A DNA stretch of 64,000 bases, taken from Thermoleophilia bacterium (GTDB lineage Bacteria; Actinomycetota; Thermoleophilia; Gaiellales; F1-60-MAGs149). The stretch is from assembly GCA_009694475.1 (NCBI GenBank), contig SHUX01000001.1, forward strand, positions 1,098-65,097. Reading direction: 5' to 3'. The notes under the pieces are model-generated. The model did not search any database and was not told where the DNA came from. It saw only the letters and a program-made list of their open reading frames with translations. Of this stretch, positions 7,996-17,747 are shown in pieces. How positions within the stretch are numbered: the stretch's first letter is position 1; every line of letters starts with the position of its first letter. A program made the translations under genes and the position numbers.

Positions 7996-9512
7996 CTAGC
8001 CGAAGACGCCCGCCGAGATCGCCTCGGCGATAGCCTCAAACTCGGCGCCTTGCGAACGATCCTCGATCAGCGGCGGTGAGAGCGCGCGCACCTTCTCGTA
8101 TTCGACCTCAAGCAGTTCGCCGGACCGCAACGGACGCCGGAGATCAAAACCCTGTGCGGCGGCGACCAACTCGACCGCAACGACGCGGCGCGCCAGTGCC
8201 AAGACCTGCATGGCCTGCAATCCGGCCGTCGCCCCCATCAAGTTGAAGTCCTCCTGCCCAGCGCTCGTCGGCAGACTGCCAACACCCGCAGGGTGCGACA
8301 GCACCGCCCCCTCCGCAACAAGGCTCGCAGCCATGTACTGCGCGATCATTAGCCCGGACTTCGTGCCCGGGTTGGCAATCAAGAACGGTGGAAGCGCGTG
8401 CGGGTCGCCACTGCGACCGTCCATCAGTCGATAGATCCGGCGCTCAGAAAAGGCTGCCAACTCCTGCACCGCAATCGTCAACATGTCGAGCGGCAGCGAC
8501 AGTGGTTGGCCGTGGAAATTGCCACCCGACACAACATCGCCATCCTCGACGAACAGAAGCGGATTGTCCGTGACGGCACCGTACTCTGGCTCGATCGCCT
8601 GTTCCACATAGGTCAGCGCCTCGCCGATCGCACCAAGCACCTGCGGGATACACCGCAAGGTATAGGCATCCTGCACGCGTTCACAGTCGGCGTGACTCTC
8701 GCGCATCGTCGAACCGTCCATTAGTTCGAGCAGACGCGCAGCAACCGCCTGCTGCTGAGGGCGATTGCGCAAGGCGTGGAGACGCGGATCAAACGGAGCC
8801 GACGACCCGAGCAACGCATCGACCGACATCGCGGCGGCAACCTGTGCAGCCGTATAGAGCCGCTCGGCGTCGGTGACTGCAAGCACACCAATCGCCGTCA
8901 TCATATGAGTGCCATTAAGGAGCGCTAGCCCCTCCTTCGGACCGAGCACGACCGGAGCAACACCAATCGCACGCAGCGCATCCGCGCCCGCCATGCGCAC
9001 TCCACTCGCCGTAATTGCCTCACCCTCACCAATCAGCACACAGGCCAGGTGCGCGAGGGGCGCCAGATCACCACTGGCACCAACCGAGCCCCGCGACGGA
9101 ACCACGGGAGTGACGTTTCGGTTGAGCAGTGCAATCAGCGCCTCAACGATCTCGACCCGCACGCCAGAATGGCCACGCGACAGCGAGGCTGCTAAGAGCA
9201 CCATCATGCCGCGCGTCACATCGATGGGCAGTGCCTCGCCGACACCAACAGCATGACTTCGCACGATGTTCAACTGCAACTCCGACAACTGGTCATCCGC
9301 GATCCGCACCGACTGCAGCGAGCCAAAGCCCGTCGTGACGCCATAGACCGCCTGGCCTTCGCCCAGCACGCGGGTGATCAGTTCGGCAGCCGCAGCAATC
9401 CTCGTCCGCGCGTGCTCACCGAGTTCAACGTCGCGGTGCCCGTCGCGACCGCGACGATCTCTGGGCGCGTCAACGGCATCCCATCGAGCAGCACAATCAA
9501 CGGAGAACTCAT
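7996..9512 (-). pseudogene. hutH: Histidine ammonia-lyase interrupted by a 1-nt frameshift
   Basis: The main frame (7996-9369 and upstream) carries GEHARTRIAAAAELITRVLGEGQAVYGVTTGFG, the MIO motif GSVGASGDLAPL, and the SH selectivity pair in RSHAVG. The conserved N-terminus MSSPLIVLLDGMPLTRPEIVAVATG is in a different frame, running from the ATG at 9512 to a stop at 9378. The frames switch near 9430-9443. Total length is 1517 nt, which is 3n+2. Confidence 0.8.
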
Positions 9513-9519
9513 ACCAACA

Positions 9520-10599
9520 TCATCGTGCACTCGCGACCGCTTGGACAAACGAGCCGTCAATCAGCCGCTGTCCGTCGAGTGGTCCAGCGATCCACCCCGC
9601 AGCCAGCGCAGCCTCGACGATCATGCCGATCGTCTGATCGAAGTACTCGCCACCCGGCAAGAGCTCAACCGCATTGGCGGCTAGGTCGTAGACGCTGAGT
9701 CCAGCAAGATCAAACATGGTTGCCGCGAGGCTAACACCGCTGAACATCGTGGCATCCGCGCCAACCAGTTCTTGCTGGTCGCGATCAACGGCGTAGAACG
9801 TCTGCCAGCCGCGCACAAATGCCAGCAACTGGCCTGGTCGCTCGGCAATCGTGTCGGGAGACGCCACCAGCACGTGCGAGATGAGCCCCGGATGATCACC
9901 AGCCGTGTACAGCGTCTGAAGCGTCGGATCGGCCGCGACTGCTGCAGCCGCTTGCAGACCAGAGACCGCGGCTCCCACGACCTCACCACGCACCAGCATG
10001 CCCCCAGGATCGAAGCCGTCTGCGGGCACGATGTTCAGTTGGTCGGCCGCCACGCCATTGTCGACGAGCGCACCCTGCAACACCACATCGCCGGCAGACT
10101 CCATATCGACCGCTACGCGCTGACCAACGAGTCCGGCGATGCCTTCAATATCAGCACGCGCTAGGATCGCCTGGTTCGAGGTTCCGGCCGTCAGCAGCAT
10201 GACGATGCGCAATGGTACGCCGCTCGATGCGAGCCGGACGGCGTCCTCCGATGAGACCACGGCCGCATCCACTTGGCCCGTCTGCAAACGACGGCCAATC
10301 AGGGCCAGCGCTGGTTCCTCCAGCAGGCGCGCACTCAACCCCTGCTTACCCAGCAGGCCCTGCCTACCCGCCACACGTATCAGCACAAGCGTTGTCGAGG
10401 GACGACCAACGATCCGAAGAATCCCCGCCTCCGGAGGCAGGCTCGCATCAACCTTTAAGGCTGGCACCGTCACCGTCAGAGAGTTGACCGTCTCGCCAGC
10501 CGTCGTCGTCGCACCATCCGAGCCACCACAGGCCGCCGCAACCAACGCCACCGCGATAGCCGCGACCAGCACGACCCAGCGAGCGTCTCGAATCCGCAT
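9520..10599 (-). CDS. Lipoprotein, ABC-type substrate-binding protein (NMT1/SsuA-like)
   Basis: The ATG at 10599 gives the signal peptide plus lipobox MRIRDARWVVLVAAIAVALVAAAC|GG. The overall pattern resembles a periplasmic binding protein. No permease or ATPase gene lies adjacent. Confidence 0.6.
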   Translation of the reverse strand: MRIRDARWVVLVAAIAVALVAAACGGSDGATTTAGETVNSLTVTVPALKVDASLPPEAGILRIVGRPSTTLVLIRVAGRQGLLGKQGLSARLLEEPALALIGRRLQTGQVDAAVVSSEDAVRLASSGVPLRIVMLLTAGTSNQAILARADIEGIAGLVGQRVAVDMESAGDVVLQGALVDNGVAADQLNIVPADGFDPGGMLVRGEVVGAAVSGLQAAAAVAADPTLQTLYTAGDHPGLISHVLVASPDTIAERPGQLLAFVRGWQTFYAVDRDQQELVGADATMFSGVSLAATMFDLAGLSVYDLAANAVELLPGGEYFDQTIGMIVEAALAAGWIAGPLDGQRLIDGSFVQAVASAR

Positions 10600-10674
10600 T
10601 TCCACCCTCGCATCATGACGCGATTTACATATTCTCGGGGTCGTTCGCGCAAGGTACGGCACACTGTGCCCACG

Positions 10675-11985
10675 ATGGCTTCGACCACGAACTTCTCTCT
10701 GACCGCCACACCGGGGCGCCAACTCCCCATTGCCGTGCGCGCCGAGGGCTGTCGCATCTGGACTGAGGATGGCCGCGAGTTTATCGACGCCTGTGGAGGG
10801 GCGATGGTAATGAGCGTCGGCCACTGCCATCCCCGACTGATCGAGGCACTCAAGCGCCAGGCCGACGAAGTGACGTTTACATACCGGTTTGCATTCTCGA
10901 ACAAACCCCTACTCGAGCTCGCTGACCTGATCCGTGAGATCTCGCCGATGGCACGCACCTGGTCGTTCTTCAACTCGTCGGGCTCCGAATCCGTCGAGTC
11001 GGCCATTCACCTCGCCCTCCTCTACTGGCAGTTGCTGGGCCAGCCAGGCAAGACGGAGTTCATCTCCCGCTACCCGTCGTACCACGGTTCGACGATCGCG
11101 GCACTCGGGCTGTCGGGCACAAGCCGCCGCGATTCGTTCGAGGCATTGTTGACGAAGAACGCCGTCGCCCAGACGCCGAATGCAGATATTCGTGCACGCC
11201 GCACGCCTGCCGACGAGGTCGAGTTCGCGATCAAGCAGATTGAGGACGCAATCGCTTTACGCGGCGTAGACAACATCGCCGGCATCTTCCTCGAACCGAT
11301 CACGGGTGCGAGTGGAGCAGCCGTGACGCCCCCCGACGGCTACCTCCAGCGCGTGCGCGAACTCTGCACGCGCCACGGCCTCTTGATGATCTGCGATGAG
11401 ACGATCACTGGCTTCGGTCGGACCGGCACGTGGTTTGGTGTCGAGCAGTGGGGTGTTGCGCCCGACGTGATCACCTTCGCCAAGGGTGTGACGAGTGGTG
11501 TCCTTCCGTTCTCGGGCATGCTCGTAGCGGGCGACGTCGCTGACGTACTAATGGCGTCTCCCGACGGTTTCCCCGTTGGACACACGTTCTCCGGCTATCC
11601 GCTGGGCTGCGCGGTCGGCGCCGAAATGGTGCGTGTAATCCGCGACGAGAGACTGCTCGAGAACGCACGCGTGATGGGCCAGCGCCTCCGAGACGGACTC
11701 GAGGCGATCGCCGCTACGACTCCTCACATCGGTGACGTGCGCGGCATGGGTCTTATGCAGGGCATCGAGTTCGTCGAGGATCGTGAGAGTCTGGCTCCCC
11801 GTGCTGGTGCAGCAGCACGCGTGACGGCTGCCGCACGCGACCGACAACTAATGATCTACTCATGCCCGACCGCACTTGGCAGTAGCGTGCTGGAGGCAGT
11901 CCTACTTGCACCGCCCTTGAATATCACTAGCATTGACGTCGATCAGATCCTTGATCGGCTATCCGACGCGATTGGAGCCGCATGA
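10675..11985 (+). CDS. Class-III (omega) aminotransferase, PLP-dependent
   Basis: The ATG at 10675 starts a protein containing FFNSGSESVESAIHLA, MICDETITGFGRTGTWF and TFAKGVTSG (PLP lysine). Confidence 0.85.
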   Translation: MASTTNFSLTATPGRQLPIAVRAEGCRIWTEDGREFIDACGGAMVMSVGHCHPRLIEALKRQADEVTFTYRFAFSNKPLLELADLIREISPMARTWSFFNSSGSESVESAIHLALLYWQLLGQPGKTEFISRYPSYHGSTIAALGLSGTSRRDSFEALLTKNAVAQTPNADIRARRTPADEVEFAIKQIEDAIALRGVDNIAGIFLEPITGASGAAVTPPDGYLQRVRELCTRHGLLMICDETITGFGRTGTWFGVEQWGVAPDVITFAKGVTSGVLPFSGMLVAGDVADVLMASPDGFPVGHTFSGYPLGCAVGAEMVRVIRDERLLENARVMGQRLRDGLEAIAATTPHIGDVRGMGLMQGIEFVEDRESLAPRAGAAARVTAAARDRQLMIYSCPTALGSSVLEAVLLAPPLNITSIDVDQILDRLSDAIGAA

Positions 11986-12278
11986 CCGAGATCGATGACG
12001 CAGCAACGATGTACCGCTCGGCAGTCGACGTCGCCCTGACGGGCGAGGTTGGCATGTGCCCCGATTTTGATCGTCACCTGCAGGAAGAGGTTTGGCGCCT
12101 CCTCTGCGCCGACCGCGATCGCCTACTGACGTTCTGTCAGCGCATGGGCATCATCGTCGGCCGGCTGACGACGCGACAGACGCTGAAGAGCGACAAGCCG
12201 ATCTTCGAGCTGATCGTGCATGGCGACGACGCCGACACCGTCCGCCAGCTCGCTGGCCGCGATCGACCCCTGCGGTAG
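11982..12278 (+). CDS. Hypothetical protein
   Basis: 98 aa. Its start overlaps the aminotransferase stop (ATGA coupling). I recognise no family. Confidence 0.4.
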   Translation: MTEIDDAATMYRSAVDVALTGEVGMCPDFDRHLQEEVWRLLCADRDRLLTFCQRMGIIVGRLTTRQTLKSDKPIFELIVHGDDADTVRQLAGRDRPLR

Positions 12279-12356
12279 TGCGATCACCTTTGTTTTCGTA
12301 TCCGACACCAAAACAGAGTTGATCACGACAGGCTAGGTCTGCCGTACGATCCCGGT

Positions 12357-13430
12357 ATGCCCCGCCGTCCCGTCGTCATCAAGCTCGGCAGCTCGACGCT
12401 AGTCGATGCAAACGGGCGTCTGCGGCGAAGCCGGCTCGATCGGATTGCTGACGAGATCGCCGAAGTCGCTCAGGACACCCCACTCTGCATCGTCTCGTCC
12501 GGCGCCATCGCACTCGGGATTGGCAGCCTCAACCGCAGCGAGCGGCCCAGCACAGTCGCCGAGTTGCAGGCTGCCGCCGCGGTTGGCCAGGCCATCTTGC
12601 AGCAGGCCTGGCAGCGGGCACTTGGGCGTTCCGATCGTGCAACCGGGCAGGTGCTCTTGGCGGCAGGCGACTTTGAGCGCCGCGCGTCGTACCTCAATGC
12701 CCGCCACACACTCGAAATGCTGCTCGCCTGGGGTGTTACCCCGATCATCAACGAGAACGACTCGACCGCCACACAAGAGATCACCTTTGGTGACAACGAC
12801 GCCCTTGCCGCACAGGTCGCCGTACTGCTTGGTGCGCGCCTGCTCGTACTCTTGACCGACCAGGAGGGCCTCTACACGCGCGATCCGAAGCATCCCGATG
12901 CCGCCCTCGTCCGCGAGGTGCCCGACCGGGCGGCCCTGGCAGCGATCGACGCGACCATCGTCAGCTCTGCCTGGGGGAGCGGTGGCATGCGCTCGAAAGT
13001 GGCGGCAGCCGAACTTGCCCGCGCCGGCGGCGCAGCCTGCGTGATCGCCAATGGTGGGCGCGCCGGGGCAATCGCCGCGGCCGTGGCGGGCGAGTCGATT
13101 GGCACGCGCTTCCCGGCCCGCGCGGACGCACCATCGGCGTACAAACTCTGGCTGCTGCATGGCCTCACAACCGCCGGCCGCATCGAAGTCGACCGCGGTG
13201 CCCGCAAGGCGTTGGAATCGGATGGTGCGTCGCTCCTGCCCGTCGGTATCCGCGGCCTGAGCGGTCGCTTCGCTGCGGGTGATGGCGTGGAGCTCGTCGA
13301 TGCAGATGGCACGGTCTTTGCCCGCGGTGTGGCGGAGATGGGCAGCGACGAGTTGAAGCGCCATCTCGGCAAACGGGGCGCCGACCCCGCCGTGCATCGC
13401 GACCGGCTCGTGCTGATCCAACCAGCCTAA
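12357..13430 (+). CDS. proB: Glutamate 5-kinase
   Basis: 357 aa. VIKLGSSTLV, IINENDSTAT and a C-terminal PUA-like region are present. proA follows. Confidence 0.95.
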   Translation: MPRRPVVIKLGSSTLVDANGRLRRSRLDRIADEIAEVAQDTPLCIVSSGAIALGIGSLNRSERPSTVAELQAAAAVGQAILQQAWQRALGRSDRATGQVLLAAGDFERRASYLNARHTLEMLLAWGVTPIINENDSTATQEITFGDNDALAAQVAVLLGARLLVLLTDQEGLYTRDPKHPDAALVREVPDRAALAAIDATIVSSAWGSGGMRSKVAAAELARAGGAACVIANGGRAGAIAAAVAGESIGTRFPARADAPSAYKLWLLHGLTTAGRIEVDRGARKALESDGASLLPVGIRGLSGRFAAGDGVELVDADGTVFARGVAEMGSDELKRHLGKRGADPAVHRDRLVLIQPA

Positions 13431-13459
13431 TTCCTCCCGACAGCCGGTATCCTCTGCGC

Positions 13460-14710
13460 ATGAGCACCACCACCAATGCCGACATCAGTAACCGTGGTCG
13501 TGTCGCTGCACGTGCACTGCGAAGCGCTGATACCGACCTACGCGATGCTGCCCTCGAGGCGATCGCGAAGGAGTTGGAGCAGAATGCAGTGGAGATTCTG
13601 GCTGCCAACGCCGAAGATGTCGCCACCGCCCTGGCGACCGATACGGCCACCTCGCTCGTCGATCGGCTGACGCTCAATGATCAGCGCCTCGCCGCTCTCG
13701 TGCAGTCGGTGCGTGACGTGGCGGCACTCGCCGACCCGGTCGGCCGTGTCGTTGAGGATCGCCGCCTCCACAACGGGCTCGAACTGAGCAAGGTCCGCGT
13801 GCCGATCGGGCGCGTTCTCGTCGTCTACGAATCGCGCCCCAACGTGACCGTCGATGTCGCTGCCCTGTGTATCAAGTCTGGCAACGTGGCACTGCTGCGC
13901 GGCTCGGCCGCAGCAGCAAACAGCAACGCGGTGCTGGGTGACGCTGTCCGAGCCGGACTCGTCTCGGTTGGCCTTCCAGCCGATGTCGTGATCTCGATCG
14001 AAGGCTCGCGCGACGACCTCGGCTTACTCGTCGCCGATGCAAACACCGCCGATATCGTCGTGCCCCGTGGTGGCGAGGCTCTCAAGGACTTCCTGCTCGA
14101 GCGCAGCCGCATCCCGGTGCTCGCTGCTGCGGGTGGTAACTGCCACGTCTACCTCGATCGCGATGCCGATACCGAGATGGCGGTGGCGATCGTGCTCAAC
14201 GCCAAGGTCCAACGCCCGGGTGTCTGCAATGCAGCCGAGACCTTGCTTGTCCACGGCGAGCGCCTCGACCTGCTGGAGCCCGTCCTGGGTGCGCTTCAGG
14301 CCGAGGGCGTCGAACTGCGCGGCTGCGAGCGGACGCGGGCAGCAGTCGATCTCGACCTGATCGCCGCGACCGATGCTGACTGGGCCACCGAGTACCTCGA
14401 TCTGATTCTTGCGGTGCGCGTAGTCGATGATCTCGACGCTGCCATCGAGCACATCGACCTCTACGCCACAGGCCATTCTGAGGCGATCGTGACGAACTCA
14501 ATCGACGCCGCCCGCCGCTTTACCGATGGCGTCGATTCGGCCTGCGTCTATGTCAACGCCTCGACGCGCTTTACCGACGGCGGCGAGTACGGCATGGGCG
14601 CCGAGGTCGGCAACTCGACCGCACGCCTGCACGTACGCGGCCCGATCGGGCTCGAGGATTTGACGACAACAAAGTACGTCGTCATCGGCACCGGCCAGAC
14701 GCGCGGATGA
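13460..14710 (+). CDS. proA: Gamma-glutamyl phosphate reductase
   Basis: 416 aa of the aldehyde dehydrogenase family, with VCNAAETLLVH (catalytic Cys) and NASTRFTDG. Confidence 0.95.
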   Translation: MSTTTNADISNRGRVAARALRSADTDLRDAALEAIAKELEQNAVEILAANAEDVATALATDTATSLVDRLTLNDQRLAALVQSVRDVAALADPVGRVVEDRRLHNGLELSKVRVPIGRVLVVYESRPNVTVDVAALCIKSGNVALLRGSAAAANSNAVLGDAVRAGLVSVGLPADVVISIEGSRDDLGLLVADANTADIVVPRGGEALKDFLLERSRIPVLAAAGGNCHVYLDRDADTEMAVAIVLNAKVQRPGVCNAAETLLVHGERLDLLEPVLGALQAEGVELRGCERTRAAVDLDLIAATDADWATEYLDLILAVRVVDDLDAAIEHIDLYATGHSEAIVTNSIDAARRFTDGVDSACVYVNASTRFTDGGEYGMGAEVGNSTARLHVRGPIGLEDLTTTKYVVIGTGQTRG

Positions 14711-15762
14711 GCACGCCAGCGCGCCCGCTGCGGGTTGCGCTTGATGTTTCGGCGACGCGACTCGGCCAGGCTGGCGTGGCACGCACGATCGTGCAGCTCG
14801 CGGATGCCCTCGCTGCGCACCCCGACGTTGACCTGCTTCGACTCGGGCTTGGTACGCCTCCGAGGAGCGCTAGCGCCGCACGGCGTGCACTGGCGCTCCG
14901 GCTCGATCTGGAGTGGTACCCGCGCGGTGTCCGACGTGAGGCTGCCGCGCGCGGCGCCGACGTCCTTCACCTGCCGCTCCCACGTGGTCCGCTCTCCCCC
15001 GGCTTGCCACCCACGATCATTACCGTCCACGATCTCGCGGTCGTACGCTATCCCGAGACACTGAGTGTCTGGAATCGGCACTACACGCTGCGCACACTGC
15101 AACGGGTGTTGGCTGCCGCCGGCGCCATCATCGCCGTCTCGGAAGACACGGCTGCTGACCTGGCAGCCTTCGCACCCGCGTTGACAGACCGCGTCCATGT
15201 GATCACAAACGGCGTCGACACGTTTTGGTCGGTCCCAGCCGAGGCTCCCGATTTTGCTGCTCCATACGTGCTCGCCGTCGGCACCCCCGAGCCACGCAAG
15301 AACATCGTCCGCCTCGTCGAGGCGATGCAACGTCGCCAGACCGTAGGCGCTTCCGAACAGCTCGTGTTGGTAGGCGCCGACGGCTGGGGCGCAGACCAGC
15401 TCCCAAGCGTGCCGTGGCTGCATCGTCTTGGTCGCGTCGATGATCGTTCGTTACGCAGCCTCTATCAGCACGCAGCCGCGGTTGTTATCCCCTCGCTCCA
15501 TGAGGGATCGGGCCTCCCTGTCCTCGAGGCCTTCGCCGCTGGCGCCCCTGTCGCCGCCGCAAACGTGGGCGCGTTGCCCGAGACCGCTGGCGATGCCGCA
15601 ATTCTGTTCGACCCCCTCGATGTGCGTGCGCTGGCCACCGGCATCGACCAGGCGATCGCGGAACGCGACCGCCTCGTCCCCCTAGGCCGCGCACGCGCGC
15701 TTGCGGCTACGTGGTCGGTGGCCGCCGAACGCTACATCGCTGTCTACCACAGCCTGCGCTAG
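14707..15762 (+). CDS. Glycosyltransferase family 4 (GT-B)
   Basis: 351 aa with PSLHEGSGLPVLEAFAAGAPV (the GT4 E-x7-E region). The start overlaps the proA stop (ATGA). Confidence 0.8.
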   Translation: MSTPARPLRVALDVSATRLGQAGVARTIVQLADALAAHPDVDLLRLGLGTPPRSASAARRALALRLDLEWYPRGVRREAAARGADVLHLPLPRGPLSPGLPPTIITVHDLAVVRYPETLSVWNRHYTLRTLQRVLAAAGAIIAVSEDTAADLAAFAPALTDRVHVITNGVDTFWSVPAEAPDFAAPYVLAVGTPEPRKNIVRLVEAMQRRQTVGASEQLVLVGADGWGADQLPSVPWLHRLGRVDDRSLRSLYQHAAAVVIPSLHEGSGLPVLEAFAAGAPVAAANVGALPETAGDAAILFDPLDVRALATGIDQAIAERDRLVPLGRARALAATWSVAAERYIAVYHSLR

Positions 15763-17744
15763 CGTGGTGTGTTGGAAGGCGCGAGGCCCGGTGATTGGCC
15801 CGCGAGGACCATTGGGTGTCGGCGAATGAAGCGACCGACGTTACGGAGGTGCCAGACCGTGCGCTTATCGAAGAACGTGCCGTCGCTGGCAGCCTGATGC
15901 GCGTGCACAACCTCGGCGGCAGGCTCCTGCCAGATCTCCCAGCCACGCTGCCAAAGGCGCCACTGCAACTCGATCTCCTCAACGTAGAGCGGCGCAAACG
16001 CCTCGTCAAAACCACCAACGTCGTCCCACGCATCGCGGCGGATCAAAAGGAATGCGCCGAGCGACCAGTCGATCAGGCGCGGCTCGTCCGGCTCGCCGAG
16101 ATAGTGGTCGTGAGCGAAACGCGAAGGCGGCAGCACCTTGCGCAGCGGTGTACGGCGAATGATGGAGCCAATCGGCTCGGGAAAGTTACGCGCCGCCTCT
16201 TGGTACGACCCATCGAGATTGCGCAGCGTCGGCGCGACGAGGCCGCAACGCGGATGCTCTTCCATAAAGCGCACGAGCCGCGGCAAGCATTCGAGCTGTG
16301 CGATCGCATCGGGGTTGACGATCGCCAGGTAGTCGCCCGGTGCGGCGGCGAAGGCGACGGCCTGGTTCTCGGCGTAGGAGCGGGTGTCTGACTGCTCGAC
16401 CAGGACGCACTCCGGATACTCGGCTCGGACCAGTTCGGCGGTGCCATCGCCCGGGCGGTTCGCCACCACGACGACCGTCAGCGCATCCCCCATCCCCTGT
16501 TGGCGCAGGCCAGCGATCGCGTCAGGCAGGTCGTCGGCCTGACCAGTCGAGGTCAATGCGGCCACAACACTCACCGCTACACCCGCTGCCACCGGACGCA
16601 CTGCGCGCCGGTGCTGTGGCGACTCTGCAAGGACGTCCAGCCAGACAGAAACAAGGCGATCAGCGGCAGCCGTCCAGGTCAAATCGGCCGCCCGAGCAAG
16701 CCCCAAAATGCGACAGCGCTCGCGGACGTCATCGTCGTCGAGCAGCGTCGCTAGACCACCGGCAATTGCCGACACCGATAGCGGGTCAACCAAGACAGCA
16801 GCACCGTCCGCGACCTCGGGCAACGCCGTTGTTTCGGCCGCCAGCACCGGTGTGCCACAGGCCATCGCCTCCACAATCGGTAGACCGAACCCCTCGTAGA
16901 GCGAGGGAAAGGCAAAGACGCCTGCGGCCACGTAGAGATCACGCAACGCAGCCTCGCCCTGCACGTAACCGACCCGGTGCACCACATCGCCGAGCCCTAA
17001 CATGGCAATGCGTTCGGTCAACTCATCATGGTCCTGCTTCGTATTACCGACGAGCACGAGTGGTGGCATCGCACTCCGAGCGTCACGCACGCGGGCGTAC
17101 GCTTCGAGCAGGCGCACCAAGTTCTTACGTGGCTGAAGCGCACCAATAAACAAGATGTACCCTGGCTCCAGCCCATGGGCCGCCCGTACGCGATCGACTG
17201 CCGTCGGGTCGGGGGCATACACCGCAGAGACCCCGTTGGGAATCGCAATCACCTGTGCCGGGTCAAGCGCTGGTTGTGACCTCAGCACATCGAGGCGTGC
17301 GTGCTCCGAGACCGTCACAACACGAGCCGCGCGCCGCATCGACCACGGCACGATGCGCCCAAACGCCAGCGCATCAGCCTTCGGCATTAACTCGGCTGCA
17401 AACCGGTACGACGAATCGTGGACCGTCACCACTCCCGGACACGGTAGACCCGGCGGTAAGACATAGTTGCCGTGATAGAGCGCGGGCTGGTCGGCCCGCA
17501 GCCGTGTCGGCAGACTGACGGCAACGCGCCGATAGTTCGAAGCCACGTCAACGGCAACCGGACGGACAACACCCGAAGCCGTGATCGCCTCGGGCACGTT
17601 TCTGACGTCACGCACGTAGGCGATCACCTGAATGTCGAGATCGGTCCGTGCGGCAATCGCAGTCAAGAGCCCCGTCGCCACGGTCTCGTCACCCGTGCGC
17701 TGGCGGCCGATTACATCGGCCTCAAAAGCAACGATCGGCGGCAT
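15759..17744 (-). CDS. Bifunctional glycosyltransferase (N-terminal GT4, C-terminal GT2)
   Basis: 661 aa. Residues 1 to about 370 contain PSLYEGFGLPIVEAMACGTPV (GT4). The C-terminal roughly 270 aa has VVVANRPGDGT...IVNPD..., a GT2/rhamnosyltransferase-like pattern. Confidence 0.8.
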   Translation of the reverse strand: MPPIVAFEADVIGRQRTGDETVATGLLTAIAARTDLDIQVIAYVRDVRNVPEAITASGVVRPVAVDVASNYRRVAVSLPTRLRADQPALYHGNYVLPPGLPCPGVVTVHDSSYRFAAELMPKADALAFGRIVPWSMRRAARVVTVSEHARLDVLRSQPALDPAQVIAIPNGVSAVYAPDPTAVDRVRAAHGLEPGYILFIGALQPRKNLVRLLEAYARVRDARSAMPPLVLVGNTKQDHDELTERIAMLGLGDVVHRVGYVQGEAALRDLYVAAGVFAFPSLYEGFGLPIVEAMACGTPVLAAETTALPEVADGAAVLVDPLSVSAIAGGLATLLDDDDVRERCRILGLARAADLTWTAAADRLVSVWLDVLAESPQHRRAVRPVAAGVAVSVVAALTSTGQADDLPDAIAGLRQQGMGDALTVVVVANRPGDGTAELVRAEYPECVLVEQSDTRSYAENQAVAFAAAPGDYLAIVNPDAIAQLECLPRLVRFMEEHPRCGLVAPTLRNLDGSYQEAARNFPEPIGSIIRRTPLRKVLPPSRFAHDHYLGEPDEPRLIDWSLGAFLLIRRDAWDDVGGFDEAFAPLYVEEIELQWRLWQRGWEIWQEPAAEVVHAHQAASDGTFFDKRTVWHLRNVGRFIRRHPMVLAGQSPGLAPSNTPR

Positions 17745-17747
17745 CGG

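Noticed and set aside
12282-12326. An AT-richer patch upstream of proB with GATCAC direct repeats and a weak CTTTGTTTT/AAAACAGAG inverted repeat.
   Set aside because: The pairing is weak, AU-rich and mismatched, and the region contains no known proBA regulatory element. It is noted only as a possible promoter-region feature.
12399-13421. A long 340-aa antisense ORF lies opposite proB. Similar cases are 18746-20101 (451 aa, opposite capD), 21428-22855 (475 aa, opposite degT), 49085-49924, 49821-50711, 52194-52982 and 57322-58677.
   Set aside because: These are typical high-GC shadow ORFs. They are rich in Arg/Ala/Pro/Gly, have no recognisable motifs, and each fully overlaps a confidently assigned gene on the other strand or frame.
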